64,000 nucleotides of DNA from an uncultured delta proteobacterium (GTDB taxonomy: Bacteria > Desulfobacterota > Binatia > UBA9968), in assembly GCA_963804165.1 (NCBI GenBank), contig CAWDPO010000037.1:64001-128000 (forward strand). Direction: 5' to 3'. A program made the translations under genes and the position numbers. The notes under the pieces were generated by a model. The model did not search any database. It had not been told where the DNA came from and saw nothing but the letters and a program-made list of their open reading frames with translations. Shown in pieces: positions 18,073 to 28,749 of the stretch (position 1 is the stretch's first letter; each line of letters starts with the position of its first letter).

Positions 18073-18486
18073 ATGCAGCGTAAAGAACCGGCAAGATTGA
18101 CTGGAAAGGAAACAGCCCGCAGCTTCAGGGGCGTTGTCGGTGCGGACACATACGAGGCATGGTTGCGCATGTTACGTAAGCTGGTTCCCGACGGGCGCAC
18201 GCACCGCCTTGCTGTCATGGTAGCGGGTATGCTGCAGTACGCGGTCGCCATGGCTGCTGTCCATCAACGCGAACATAAAGACGGTGCGTTGACTGCTTCT
18301 CTGCTGGAGGCCAGCGACATGAATGACCCGAGCGAGGTTAAAAGCTTGATCCATGATGCCGTGGTGCAGTTGTTCAAAGACGCCAGCGTACGGTTTGAAC
18401 GCACCAATGCCCGTGGCGACAAGTATAGCCTGGCCGAGGATAGCTACGAAGAGTTCATCCACTGGTTCGACATGCCTTGGGAATGA
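18073..18486 (+). CDS. Hypothetical protein
   Basis: 137-aa ATG ORF co-oriented in the islet; no recognised domain; ends FIHWFDMPWE. Confidence 0.6.
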   Translation: MQRKEPARLTGKETARSFRGVVGADTYEAWLRMLRKLVPDGRTHRLAVMVAGMLQYAVAMAAVHQREHKDGALTASLLEASDMNDPSEVKSLIHDAVVQLFKDASVRFERTNARGDKYSLAEDSYEEFIHWFDMPWE

Positions 18487-18540
18487 CCATAATAGGTGTG
18501 TCCGATCCCGTGTTTCAAACGGTCACCTGACGAGGAACCC

Positions 18541-18864
18541 ATGACAAAAATCAACATCGACGAACTCAGCGAAGCGGAACTTATCGATCTAAACCATAAA
18601 GTTGTGGAAAGACTGCGATTCTTGAGCCAGATGCGCGCGCACTCGCAGATGTTAGACTATAAGATCGGCGAACGGGTCACCTTTCACCCGGACGGCTATC
18701 CGTCTTTGGTTGGGATCGTGACTCGCTACAATCGAAAATCGGTGACGGTGGTCACCGATGCCGGACAGCGCTGGAACGTTGCTCCAGCCTTGCTGCGCAG
18801 TGCCTCTCCAACTGGTGATGCGGACACCAGCAACGCCAAAGTTGTTCGGCTGAAAAGAGACTGA
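18541..18864 (+). CDS. Hypothetical protein with an N-terminal helix and a KOW/SH3-like barrel
   Basis: GAGGA RBS; YKIGERVTF...GIVTRYNRKSVTV...WNVAP pattern. Confidence 0.65.
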   Translation: MTKINIDELSEAELIDLNHKVVERLRFLSQMRAHSQMLDYKIGERVTFHPDGYPSLVGIVTRYNRKSVTVVTDAGQRWNVAPALLRSASPTGDADTSNAKVVRLKRD

Positions 18865-18871
18865 CGAGGTC

Positions 18872-19486
18872 TTAACGAGCCCTGCTCGACCGCGTCTTGC
18901 GGGCTTGTTTGATTGGATGAGTTTGGTTCAGATACACGTCTGAAATCTTCGCGCCGTAAGCCAAGTGTTTTGGAAGAGCCCGGCTCAATTTTAGGAACGT
19001 TAGCTGGCAGGGTCTATCGATTAGCGGCGTTAATTCGATTGTCAGTGGGCCACTATTCCGGATTTCCAGGATTATTGGCCCGCTCCAGCCGGGCTGAATC
19101 CAAGGAGCTGTTTGGTGCATCGTCAGCCCGATTCTCGCGTAAGTGCTGCGGCCTTCGATCAAGCCGATTAGATCGTTTGGAATTTTTACGGTCTCGTACG
19201 TGGGAACGAGAACAAAGCCATCCGGTTCTAAGACAAAGGTTCGTCGGTTACCAAATTCATCAAACTCCGACAGCTCGGAAGTTTGCCAGAAGCCAGTCTC
19301 GCCTAAGCCCTGCAGACCGCGCGCGACAGATATTTTGAATCCGTCAATTTTTTTGAGTGTTGTGAAGCTCCGCCCAAGTCGTAAATCGACCGAGGCCTCG
19401 CCCCATTGGCTCTCTTCCAACGGTGGTTCAAAAACTATCTTTTTTGATTTGACGGCCTTTCGAATGTCGGGTTGCGACAGGACCAT
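18872..19486 (-). CDS. dcd: dCTP deaminase (trimeric dUTPase fold), variant
   Basis: ASVDLRLG, EGRSTYARIGLTMHQTAPWIQPGWSGPIILEIRN, CQLTF, YLNQ. Confidence 0.82.
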   Translation of the reverse strand: MVLSQPDIRKAVKSKKIVFEPPLEESQWGEASVDLRLGRSFTTLKKIDGFKISVARGLQGLGETGFWQTSELSEFDEFGNRRTFVLEPDGFVLVPTYETVKIPNDLIGLIEGRSTYARIGLTMHQTAPWIQPGWSGPIILEIRNSGPLTIELTPLIDRPCQLTFLKLSRALPKHLAYGAKISDVYLNQTHPIKQARKTRSSRAR

Positions 19487-19508
19487 GTCTGTTAGGACAA
19501 GGCGATGA

Positions 19509-19805
19509 TTATGAGTGCGCTTGTATTAAATGATTGCGTGCCCAGCCCGATGAGACGGTTGTCAAACCAGCAGCGGTCGTGAAAAAAGAACCTGGAACCC
19601 GGACCTGCACCGACTCCGCACTTGCTTCGATTACCACGCCCCGGACGTAATCGCGTCCGTTACGTTGCACGACCAGTGAGCTTTTCAGGAAGCCGGATAC
19701 CACGCCCTTGTCCGACTCAATGGTTACGAGAACTTCGTCCGGAAATGCCCCCTGTTGAATCGTGCAAGGAATGTTTACAACTTGCCCCCGCCGAAACCGT
19801 GCCAT
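19509..19805 (-). CDS. Small beta-rich hypothetical protein upstream of dcd
   Basis: 98-aa ATG ORF with AGGGGG RBS, ends 22 nt before the dcd start on the same strand. Confidence 0.65.
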   Translation of the reverse strand: MARFRRGQVVNIPCTIQQGAFPDEVLVTIESDKGVVSGFLKSSLVVQRNGRDYVRGVVIEASAESVQVRVPGSFFTTAAGLTTVSSGWARNHLIQAHS

Positions 19806-20086
19806 ATTTCCCCCTAACGCTTACTGCGATGGCGAGCATTGGGTCGGTGTGCTCGGCAAATGCCCAGAACAATTGGTTTAACTGGCAAGAAAGGTACTCG
19901 ATGCACGAGGATATGAAGCTTAGTACAACAAGTCGCGCTTTCGCGTCAATAAATATTTTATAGCATGCTGACGCTCCAACTCAACGCCTTCACGGTGCAC
20001 TGGAGAAATACGCGGGCTGCGATTTGACATAAAAGCGGGGGGACAGCTACAGTCGCCGAAAATTTATTAGGGGATTTTCCATTCTC

Positions 20087-21631
20087 ATGCCGCAAGCTTC
20101 ATTCAATCCGCCTTGGTTCGTGCGCAAGGACCTCGATGGCTTTTTCGGTCTGATGATCGATAACCTGATTCAGTTGATCCTCATCGTCGGTCTTTGCCGC
20201 GAGTTGATTCATCTGCCGGACGATTACATTTTTGGCAGGATTCTCCCCGGCGCAGCGATCTCGATTCTGGTCGGCAACTTTTTTTATGCCTGGCAGGCGC
20301 GCCAGTTAGCGCGCGAGACCGGCCGCGAGGATGTTACCGCGCTGCCCTACGGCATCAATACGGTAAGTCTCTTTGCCTTTGTCTTTTTCATCATGTTGCC
20401 GATTTATATCGAGACCAAAGATCCAGTCTGGGCTTGGAAAGTCGGCTTGGTCGCATGCTTCTTAAACGGCGTGATTGAGATCATTGGAGCATTTATTGCC
20501 GAGAGCGTGCGCCGTGTGACGCCGCGGGCCGCGCTGCTGTCGGCCCTTTCGGGAATCGCGATTACGTTCATCGCGATGGATTTCACGTTTAAGATTTTCG
20601 CCCGGCCGCTAGTGGCATTGCTGCCAATGGCGGTGATCTTTGTTGCATACTTCTCGCATCAAAAATTACCTCTCGGTTTGCCCGGCGGTATGCTGGCGAT
20701 CGCAATCGGCACCCTATTAGGTTGGGCCCTCGGAACAATGAGCGGCAAGGCAATTGTGACCGGCTATTCGTTCGCCGTGCCGGCCTTTGCGGGCGGCTCA
20801 CTTTGGGAAGCACTCACGGATCCGGCATTTCTCAATTATTTTTCGGTAATTTTTCCCATGGGTATTTTCAATGTGGTCGGGTCGCTGCAAAACATCGAGA
20901 GCGCCGAGGCCGCTGGCGACCGCTTCCGCACTTTTCCCTCGTTGATGGCAAACGGCATCGGTTCGATAGTCGCGGCGCTGTTCGGCAGCGTGTTTCCGAC
21001 GACGATTTATATCGGTCACCCAGGTTGGAAACGGCTCGGCGCGCGCTCCGGCTATTCCGCTTTGAACGGCATCTTCATCAGCTTTCTCTGTCTCACCGGC
21101 ACGATCCAAACCGTGCTCGGCCTGATTCCACTCGAAGCCGGCATCGGCATTCTGCTTTACATCGGCATCATTATCGTCGCTCAGGCGTTTCAAGAAACGC
21201 CGAAAGAGCATGCTCCGGCGGTTGCCCTCGGCATTGTCCCCGCTCTCGCTGGTTGGGGCTTATTGATGGTCGAGACGGGTCTGCGCGCCGCGGGAAAGTC
21301 TCTGTTCGAAGTCGGACTGCCGCGGTTTGGCCAGGAGAGCCTGGCGATTCACGGCATGATCTCCTTGGAGCGCGGCTTCATATTTACCTCGATGATACTC
21401 GCGGCCATCGGCGTCGCGCTGATCGAGCGCAAGTTCGCACGCGCCGGCGCGTGGTCGGTGGTGGCGGCGTTACTATCTGCCTTCGGCATCATTCATGCTT
21501 ATGAACTTACCCCAGGTGGGATTACGAGCCGTTTTGGATTCATGGCCGCGCCGGATTTCTTTTTGAGCTATCTGCTCTTGGCGGCGCTGTTTATCGCCGT
21601 TGCGGTTTGGGCAAGAAAAGACACTCGATGA
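20087..21631 (+). CDS. NCS2-like (xanthine/uracil/vitamin C) permease
   Basis: Many TM helices, TALPYGIN, NIESAEAAGD, PTTIYIGHPGWK. Confidence 0.8.
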   Translation: MPQASFNPPWFVRKDLDGFFGLMIDNLIQLILIVGLCRELIHLPDDYIFGRILPGAAISILVGNFFYAWQARQLARETGREDVTALPYGINTVSLFAFVFFIMLPIYIETKDPVWAWKVGLVACFLNGVIEIIGAFIAESVRRVTPRAALLSALSGIAITFIAMDFTFKIFARPLVALLPMAVIFVAYFSHQKLPLGLPGGMLAIAIGTLLGWALGTMSGKAIVTGYSFAVPAFAGGSLWEALTDPAFLNYFSVIFPMGIFNVVGSLQNIESAEAAGDRFRTFPSLMANGIGSIVAALFGSVFPTTIYIGHPGWKRLGARSGYSALNGIFISFLCLTGTIQTVLGLIPLEAGIGILLYIGIIIVAQAFQETPKEHAPAVALGIVPALAGWGLLMVETGLRAAGKSLFEVGLPRFGQESLAIHGMISLERGFIFTSMILAAIGVALIERKFARAGAWSVVAALLSAFGIIHAYELTPGGITSRFGFMAAPDFFLSYLLLAALFIAVAVWARKDTR

Positions 21632-21645
21632 AATCGAGCGTCGAT

Positions 21646-22278
21646 TTAAGACCGCGTGACGAGTGATGACGGCGTGTATTCTCGGCTGTTGACCTCAGTG
21701 AGATCCCAGGCGCCGCCGTCGTACTTGAGACGCGTAATGCCGCACGGGTCGAGGTGAAACGTACGATATTCGTTCAGGTGGGTGCCGCTGACGCGGCAAA
21801 TGATTCCTAAAATCGGAAAGTTGTGACTGACCACGACAATGCTTTCTGTGTCGGCATGACGTTGCACGATTTGATTGAGACCATTCCAGGCGCGCTCGGC
21901 GACGTCCGCAAGTCTTTCGCCGCCGGGAACGCGGATCTCGGCAGGCTCGCTGCGCCAGCGCACTAAGAAATCGGCAAAACTTGCTGTGATTTCATTAAAC
22001 GTTAAACCTTCGAGTTTGCCGTGATCGAGCTCGCGCACGTCTTCTTCGATCAAGACGGGCAAGTTATGCGGCTCGCTGATGCGCTCAGCGGTTTGCCGCG
22101 CGCGACGAAGATTGCTCGAATAGATCGCGTGAAACTCCTCCGCACTCAGCAGCTCGGAGATCTGTTCGGCTTGGCGGATGCCGACCTCGCTTAGATCGCG
22201 ATCCGTCGAGCCTTGACAGCGGCCCTGGAGATTCCAATCGGTGGCGCCGTGGCGCACGAGGACAACTTGCACGATCAA
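21646..22278 (-). CDS. Histidine phosphatase (phosphoglycerate mutase family)
   Basis: LVRHGATDWN, SSNLRRARQTA, PGGE, VVSH. Confidence 0.88.
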   Translation of the reverse strand: MIVQVVLVRHGATDWNLQGRCQGSTDRDLSEVGIRQAEQISELLSAEEFHAIYSSNLRRARQTAERISEPHNLPVLIEEDVRELDHGKLEGLTFNEITASFADFLVRWRSEPAEIRVPGGERLADVAERAWNGLNQIVQRHADTESIVVVSHNFPILGIICRVSGTHLNEYRTFHLDPCGITRLKYDGGAWDLTEVNSREYTPSSLVTRS

Positions 22279-22296
22279 ATGACTCCGAATTGCGGT

Positions 22297-24207
22297 TTAA
22301 CTCTCTTCAAGAAACGCGTTGTTGATTTTAATCTTCGCTTTCGCCTTTAGACTGTCGAGGAATTTTATCAGCACACGCTGGCGGTTTTCGGCGATCGCTT
22401 GCTTCATCAAGTTGGCTTTTTCTTTTTCGAACTGTTCCATGTCGGCGCTCTGGCGGTCTTTGAATGCCAAAACGTAGACAGTATCTTTTTGGGTATAGAG
22501 CCTTTCAGCGACGGGCTTTTGCGCCGAGAGCGCGATCGCCCCTCCCTTGAGATCGGCCAGCTCGCCGATCTTCGGTAGTTGCGGCGCGCTGCGCATGAAC
22601 CAGCCGGTCTCTTCAACTGTCACGCCATGAGTTTGCGCCAGCTTCGAGATGTCTTTTTCTTTTTTCAACTGCTCGAGCAAGCTGTTGCCTTTTTGCAGGG
22701 CCAGCTCATATGCCTTGGATTCTCTCAACCCCTTCTCAATTTGACCGCGCACAGTGTCGAGCGGCGGGATGGCCGGTGCTTTTCTCTCCTTGAGGCGCAA
22801 TAAATAGTAAGCGGTTTTTCCTTCAATGATCGGACTGATATCTTTCGAACCCAAGGTAAAAGCATTCTTGTAAAATTCCTGGTTTTCGCCGATTTCCGGG
22901 ACCGTCTCGCCGTTAGCGAGCCAATTCGTGATGCTCAGCTTGGCGCCGCTTTCTTGCGCCAGCTTGGTCAGATCGCTGCCCGACTGCGCCTTCTCGCGGT
23001 CTTTGTCGGCGATCTTGCCGGCTTCGCGCTTGCCCTTTTCGGCTTTTAGTATCTTTGCAATTTCCGCGCTGGCTTCTTTGAGCGTCTGCGTTTTTTCGTC
23101 TTTGACGTCTTCCACTTTGAAGATTTGAAAACCTGCCGGCGTGTCGATCGCATCGCTCACGGCGCCCTTGGTAAGACTAAAAATCGTTTTCTCGACCGCT
23201 GGCGGCACCTGCCCCTGCGCGACCCAGCCCAGATCGCCGCCTTTCTCGGCCGTAGGATCTTCCGAAGCACGCTTCGCCAATTCGGCAAAGTCTTTAGCGC
23301 TGCGGGCTTCTTTGACGATGTCGGCGGCGCGCGCCTGCGCGGCCTTTTTCTGGCCGGCATCGGCGCCTGGCGCTACGCGGATGGAGATATAGCGCACTTT
23401 CGCTGCTTTCGGATTGTGAAATTTGTCGTTGCGATTGGCTTGGTAATATTCTTCGATCTCTTTCTCGCTCACCTGGACTGACGCCGCGAATTGATCGTAG
23501 GGGTAGCTCAAATACTCGATTTGTATTTTCAGCGGCTCTTTGAGCGATTCTTTATTGCGCTCATAATATTTCTTAACCTCGTCTTCGGTTGGATTGACTT
23601 GCGCGGCAAAATCACCGGTCGGCAATTTGATGTAATTGAGATTGATTTTTTCCTGGTCAATCCGAAAACGATCGAGAACTTCGGCGTCGTTTACATGGAC
23701 GGAGTCAAGAACGATACTGTAAAGACGCTGAATCGTCAGTTGGTCGCGTTGGTCCTCTTCAAACCGCGCCGGCAATATTCGATTGGTCTGAAGAATTTGC
23801 AGATAGCGTTCCTTGTTGAAACGTCCGGCGAGCTGAAACTCCGGCACTTGGGCGAGCTGTTCCGCGAGATCGTCGTCCGTTGCGGTAAGTCCGAGCGTAC
23901 GCGCCTCCTGAAGCACGACCTTTTTCTGGATGAGTTCTTCAAGCAGGGAGGCTCTGATGTTCAGGCCCTTGATCATCTCCGGAGTGAGCGATCCCTTCAG
24001 AAGCTGGCGATAGCGCTCCACGGCACGCTCGTAAACCTCGGCGAATTCTCGCTGACTGATAGTTTCGCCGTTGACCTCGGCAACCTCTACAGCGCTTTGG
24101 TCGCCACGCTTGTCGCTGCCAACGAATAAGGCAAAGGTTACAACGATCACGCCCAAAAATAAGACGATCACCCAGTTTCTTTTCCGCTTGCGTAAAAAAT
24201 CAAGCAT
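22297..24207 (-). CDS. ppiD: PpiD-like membrane-anchored chaperone (SurA N-terminal plus parvulin PPIase)
   Basis: N-terminal TM, VAEVNGETIS, FAELAKRASED...GGDLGW; 636 aa. Confidence 0.85.
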   Translation of the reverse strand: MLDFLRKRKRNWVIVLFLGVIVVTFALFVGSDKRGDQSAVEVAEVNGETISQREFAEVYERAVERYRQLLKGSLTPEMIKGLNIRASLLEELIQKKVVLQEARTLGLTATDDDLAEQLAQVPEFQLAGRFNKERYLQILQTNRILPARFEEDQRDQLTIQRLYSIVLDSVHVNDAEVLDRFRIDQEKINLNYIKLPTGDFAAQVNPTEDEVKKYYERNKESLKEPLKIQIEYLSYPYDQFAASVQVSEKEIEEYYQANRNDKFHNPKAAKVRYISIRVAPGADAGQKKAAQARAADIVKEARSAKDFAELAKRASEDPTAEKGGDLGWVAQGQVPPAVEKTIFSLTKGAVSDAIDTPAGFQIFKVEDVKDEKTQTLKEASAEIAKILKAEKGKREAGKIADKDREKAQSGSDLTKLAQESGAKLSITNWLANGETVPEIGENQEFYKNAFTLGSKDISPIIEGKTAYYLLRLKERKAPAIPPLDTVRGQIEKGLRESKAYELALQKGNSLLEQLKKEKDISKLAQTHGVTVEETGWFMRSAPQLPKIGELADLKGGAIALSAQKPVAERLYTQKDTVYVLAFKDRQSADMEQFEKEKANLMKQAIAENRQRVLIKFLDSLKAKAKIKINNAFLEES

Positions 24208-24301
24208 TTTTTCTTGGTAGCCTTTCGGAGCGATGCGGTAAAAACAGCCCGATTATGATAAAAAATGGCTCTTCTCATTGCAACCCAGCGGGCTCGGTTA
24301 A

Positions 24302-25438
<1,137 letters not shown>

Positions 25439-25485
25439 GCGCGAGGTTCCATGCATTCTCATTATTGGAGGCAATCGAGCCTTCC

Positions 25486-26319
25486 ATGTTCGCTTTTCTT
25501 CGTAAGAATCAAGTTCCGCTAAGCGCTTGTTTTTGTCTCCTTCTGTCAATTTATATTTTGATCGCTGCGTCGCGCGGTCAGTTGAAAAATGAACCGCTCG
25601 GCGCGCTGTTGATGTGGATTATGCGGCCGCTGCAAATTGCCTCGCAGGGTGCCGTCAACTGGATCATAGACTTTCGTGAAAATTACGACACTTTGGCGGG
25701 ATTCAAGACCGAAAACGAAAGACTACGGAAGCGCATCGAAAATCTTGAAGTTGAAAAACAGAAGTATTTAGAAGCGGACGCGACCAACCGGCAGCTCAAA
25801 CAGCTGCTTGATTTGCGCAGCCACTTGTCAGCTGGCGCGATCACTGCTTCAATTATCGCTAACAGCGCCACGAGCTGGTTTAAAAGCTGTCAGATCGACA
25901 AAGGCAGCCTCGACGGCGTCCGCAAAGGAATGGCGGTAGTGACTCCCCAGGGCGTTGTCGGCCAAGTCGTCGCGGTCACGCCGCGCACGGGGAAGGTGAT
26001 ATTACTGACGGATCCAAACAGTGGTATCGATGTGCTCGTGCAACGGACACGCAGCCGGGGCATCGTCTCCGGATCCTTGGAAAACGGCACGGTATTGAAA
26101 TACGTGAAGCGGAGCGAGGATATTCAACCAGGAGATCGGCTCATTACCTCGGGCATGGACGGCGTTTTCCCCAAGGGCATGATGGTCGGAACGGTGATCA
26201 AGGTTCGAAAACAACACATAGGCCTGTTTCAATTCATCGAAGTCCTTCCCGCCGTACAAACCCCGCTTACCGAGAATGTCCTGGTGGTCGCTGCCGACAG
26301 CGGCGCGGCAAAAAATTAA
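25486..26319 (+). CDS. mreC: Rod shape-determining protein MreC
   Basis: TM, coiled coil, IDKGS.DGV, TSGMDGVFPKG; synteny. Confidence 0.95.
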   Translation: MFAFLRKNQVPLSACFCLLLSIYILIAASRGQLKNEPLGALLMWIMRPLQIASQGAVNWIIDFRENYDTLAGFKTENERLRKRIENLEVEKQKYLEADATNRQLKQLLDLRSHLSAGAITASIIANSATSWFKSCQIDKGSLDGVRKGMAVVTPQGVVGQVVAVTPRTGKVILLTDPNSGIDVLVQRTRSRGIVSGSLENGTVLKYVKRSEDIQPGDRLITSGMDGVFPKGMMVGTVIKVRKQHIGLFQFIEVLPAVQTPLTENVLVVAADSGAAKN

Positions 26320-26352
26320 TCTTTAAAGCCTATAACCGGAAGCTATTTCCCG

Positions 26353-26859
26353 ATGCGGTTGTTCTTACTTTTTTTCCTTGTCGGAATTTTTGTGCTTCTT
26401 TTGCAGACAACCCTGCTTCATTTGGTACCCGGCGGTCTCATTGTACCTGATTTAACGCTCCTGGTATGTGTGTACTTGGGAATGTATCATCCCACGGTAG
26501 GGGCGGCGTTAGGCTCTTTCTTGCTCGGTTATTCAATCGATATTGTGTCAAGCAGGATCATCGGTGTTAACGCCTTCGCCATGTCTCTTGTATTCTTATC
26601 GGTATATTTCAGTTCGCGCTCGATCTGGTTACAGAATCCTATGGTGAGTTCGCTGGTCGTGTTGCTGGCGGCGTTAGTCAAAGGCGCGGCTCTGGTCTTG
26701 GTATCGGCGGTTTTCGTAAGCGTAGAAGGGTTCTGGGTCGGCGCGGCTTGGTATATAATCAAGGAAGCACTACTGGCCGCCGTGCTTGCGCCGATGGTTT
26801 TCGCGCTATTGCGCCGTGGCGAAAACTACGTCGACAGGGTTCGCTCAGCAGCTCAGTAG
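26353..26859 (+). CDS. mreD: Rod shape-determining protein MreD
   Basis: Hydrophobic, VPDL motif; synteny. Confidence 0.88.
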   Translation: MRLFLLFFLVGIFVLLLQTTLLHLVPGGLIVPDLTLLVCVYLGMYHPTVGAALGSFLLGYSIDIVSSRIIGVNAFAMSLVFLSVYFSSRSIWLQNPMVSSLVVLLAALVKGAALVLVSAVFVSVEGFWVGAAWYIIKEALLAAVLAPMVFALLRRGENYVDRVRSAAQ

Positions 26860-26868
26860 AACAGAACC

Positions 26869-28749
26869 ATGGCAGCATTGGCCGAGATCAATAAGCAAGA
26901 TGGCGCGCCGGAACTGCGCCGTCGCGTCAGACTGCTCTACCTTATTCTTGCCGTTTCCTTTCTGGCGCTCACCAGCCGCCTGGTGGTCCTGCAACTCATT
27001 CAGGGAGAGCGATACACCTTTTTGTCCGAAAATAATCGCGTCCGCATAAAGCGAGTGCCGGGCACACGCGGGATGATCTTCGACCGTCGAGGTCAGTTGC
27101 TGGTCGACAGCCGCCCGTCCTTCGATCTCATCTTTGTGTCCGAGGACAGCGAGAGTCCGGAAGCTACCCTGCGCCTGCTGGCGCGTTACTTGCGCCGCGA
27201 TGAAGGCGAACTTCTTAAGACCTTTGAGGAGAATAAAAGCCGAGCCGCCTTCGACGAATTGGTCATCGGCCGCGACATCGAGTGGTCGGAGATTGTCGCC
27301 GTGGAAGCACACCAGCTTGATCTGCCGGGCGTCAGTCTACGAGCCCGACCACGGCGCAGTTATGCCGATGGACCGATGGCGGCGCATGTCTTGGGCTACA
27401 TGGGCGAGATCAACCAAAAGCAACTTAAAATACTCAAAGAGCAAGGATATACGATCGGCGATGAAATCGGCCAATATGGACTCGAACGGCGCTGGGAAGA
27501 GTTGCTGCGCGGTCAGAGCGGCGGGCAACAAGTCGAAGTCGACGCACTGGGCCGGCGTGTGCGCGTGCTCCACGAGGTGACCGACGTTCCCGGATATACA
27601 GTCCATCTGACTTTGGACCGGCAGCTTCAAGAAACCGCATATGAGGCACTCAAAGGTAAAGAGGGTACCATCGTTGCCATCGATGTTCACAATGGGGCAA
27701 TCCTCGCGCTCGCAAGTACTCCGGCGTTCGATCCAAACGCTTTTGCGCGCGGTATCAAATCCGAAGAATGGAGCGGATTAATAAAGGACCAACTGCGCCC
27801 GCTCAGCAATCGCGCGATTCAAGGTCAGTATCCGCCGGGGTCGACTTTCAAGATCATTATGGCGATCGCCGGTCTCGAAGAGGGCGTCGTCCAGCCGGAA
27901 AGTTTTATTCAGGACCCGGGCTTTTATCCTTTCGGTAACCGCAGTTTTCGCGATTGGAAGAAAGGCGGCCACGGCGCAGTCAATCTGCATAAAGCGATTG
28001 TCGAGTCTTGCGACACCTACTTCTATCAACTGGGTCCGAAGCTCGGCGTTGATCGAATCGCCAAATGGGCGCGCGCTTTCGGATTAGGTGAAAAAACCGG
28101 TTTGGCCTTGGACGACGAAAAAGGCGGCACCATTCCTGATACCGAGTGGAAAAGAAGACGATTTCGTCAGCCCTGGTTTCCCGGCGAGACGGTGTCCGTG
28201 GCGATCGGTCAAGGCTACGTCACCGTGACGCCGTTGCAGCTCGCCAACATGATGGCCGCAGTGGCCAACGGCGGCAAACTTTATCGTCCGTTTGTTGTCC
28301 GCAAGGTGGAGTCCGTCGACGGTGCGACCGTGCGCGAATATGGGCCGGAGCTTATTCGCAGCATTGAACTTAAAGAGGACACCCTAAAGCGCGTGCATAG
28401 TGCGCTCGCCGACGTCGTCAGCGGTGCCGGCGGCACGGGAGGCGCGGCTAGATCCCAGGCTATTACGGTCGCCGGCAAGACCGGCACTGCGCAGGTCGTC
28501 GAGATGAAGGGCGCATATGTCAAATCCGAACAGTTGACCTATTTCAACCGCGATCACGCCTGGTTCGTTTCCTACGCCCCGGTGGATAATCCGCAAGTGG
28601 CCATCGCGGTCCTGGTCGAGCATGGTGGCCATGGCGGCGAAGCCGCCGCGCCCATGGCCAAAAAGGTTTTCGAGAAGTTTATCGCACTGCAGAAGCAATC
28701 CACGGACAAGCAACAGGTGCGCGTGGACGGAGAGAGCCGTGCAAATTGA
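26869..28749 (+). CDS. mrdA: Penicillin-binding protein 2
   Basis: RGMIFDRRG, STFK (SxxK), SCD, KTG motifs. Confidence 0.96.
   Translation: MAALAEINKQDGAPELRRRVRLLYLILAVSFLALTSRLVVLQLIQGERYTFLSENNRVRIKRVPGTRGMIFDRRGQLLVDSRPSFDLIFVSEDSESPEATLRLLARYLRRDEGELLKTFEENKSRAAFDELVIGRDIEWSEIVAVEAHQLDLPGVSLRARPRRSYADGPMAAHVLGYMGEINQKQLKILKEQGYTIGDEIGQYGLERRWEELLRGQSGGQQVEVDALGRRVRVLHEVTDVPGYTVHLTLDRQLQETAYEALKGKEGTIVAIDVHNGAILALASTPAFDPNAFARGIKSEEWSGLIKDQLRPLSNRAIQGQYPPGSTFKIIMAIAGLEEGVVQPESFIQDPGFYPFGNRSFRDWKKGGHGAVNLHKAIVESCDTYFYQLGPKLGVDRIAKWARAFGLGEKTGLALDDEKGGTIPDTEWKRRRFRQPWFPGETVSVAIGQGYVTVTPLQLANMMAAVANGGKLYRPFVVRKVESVDGATVREYGPELIRSIELKEDTLKRVHSALADVVSGAGGTGGAARSQAITVAGKTGTAQVVEMKGAYVKSEQLTYFNRDHAWFVSYAPVDNPQVAIAVLVEHGGHGGEAAAPMAKKVFEKFIALQKQSTDKQQVRVDGESRAN

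Noticed and set aside
14820-20086. Prophage or integrative element boundaries
   Set aside because: No integrase, tRNA target or flanking direct repeats found by eye
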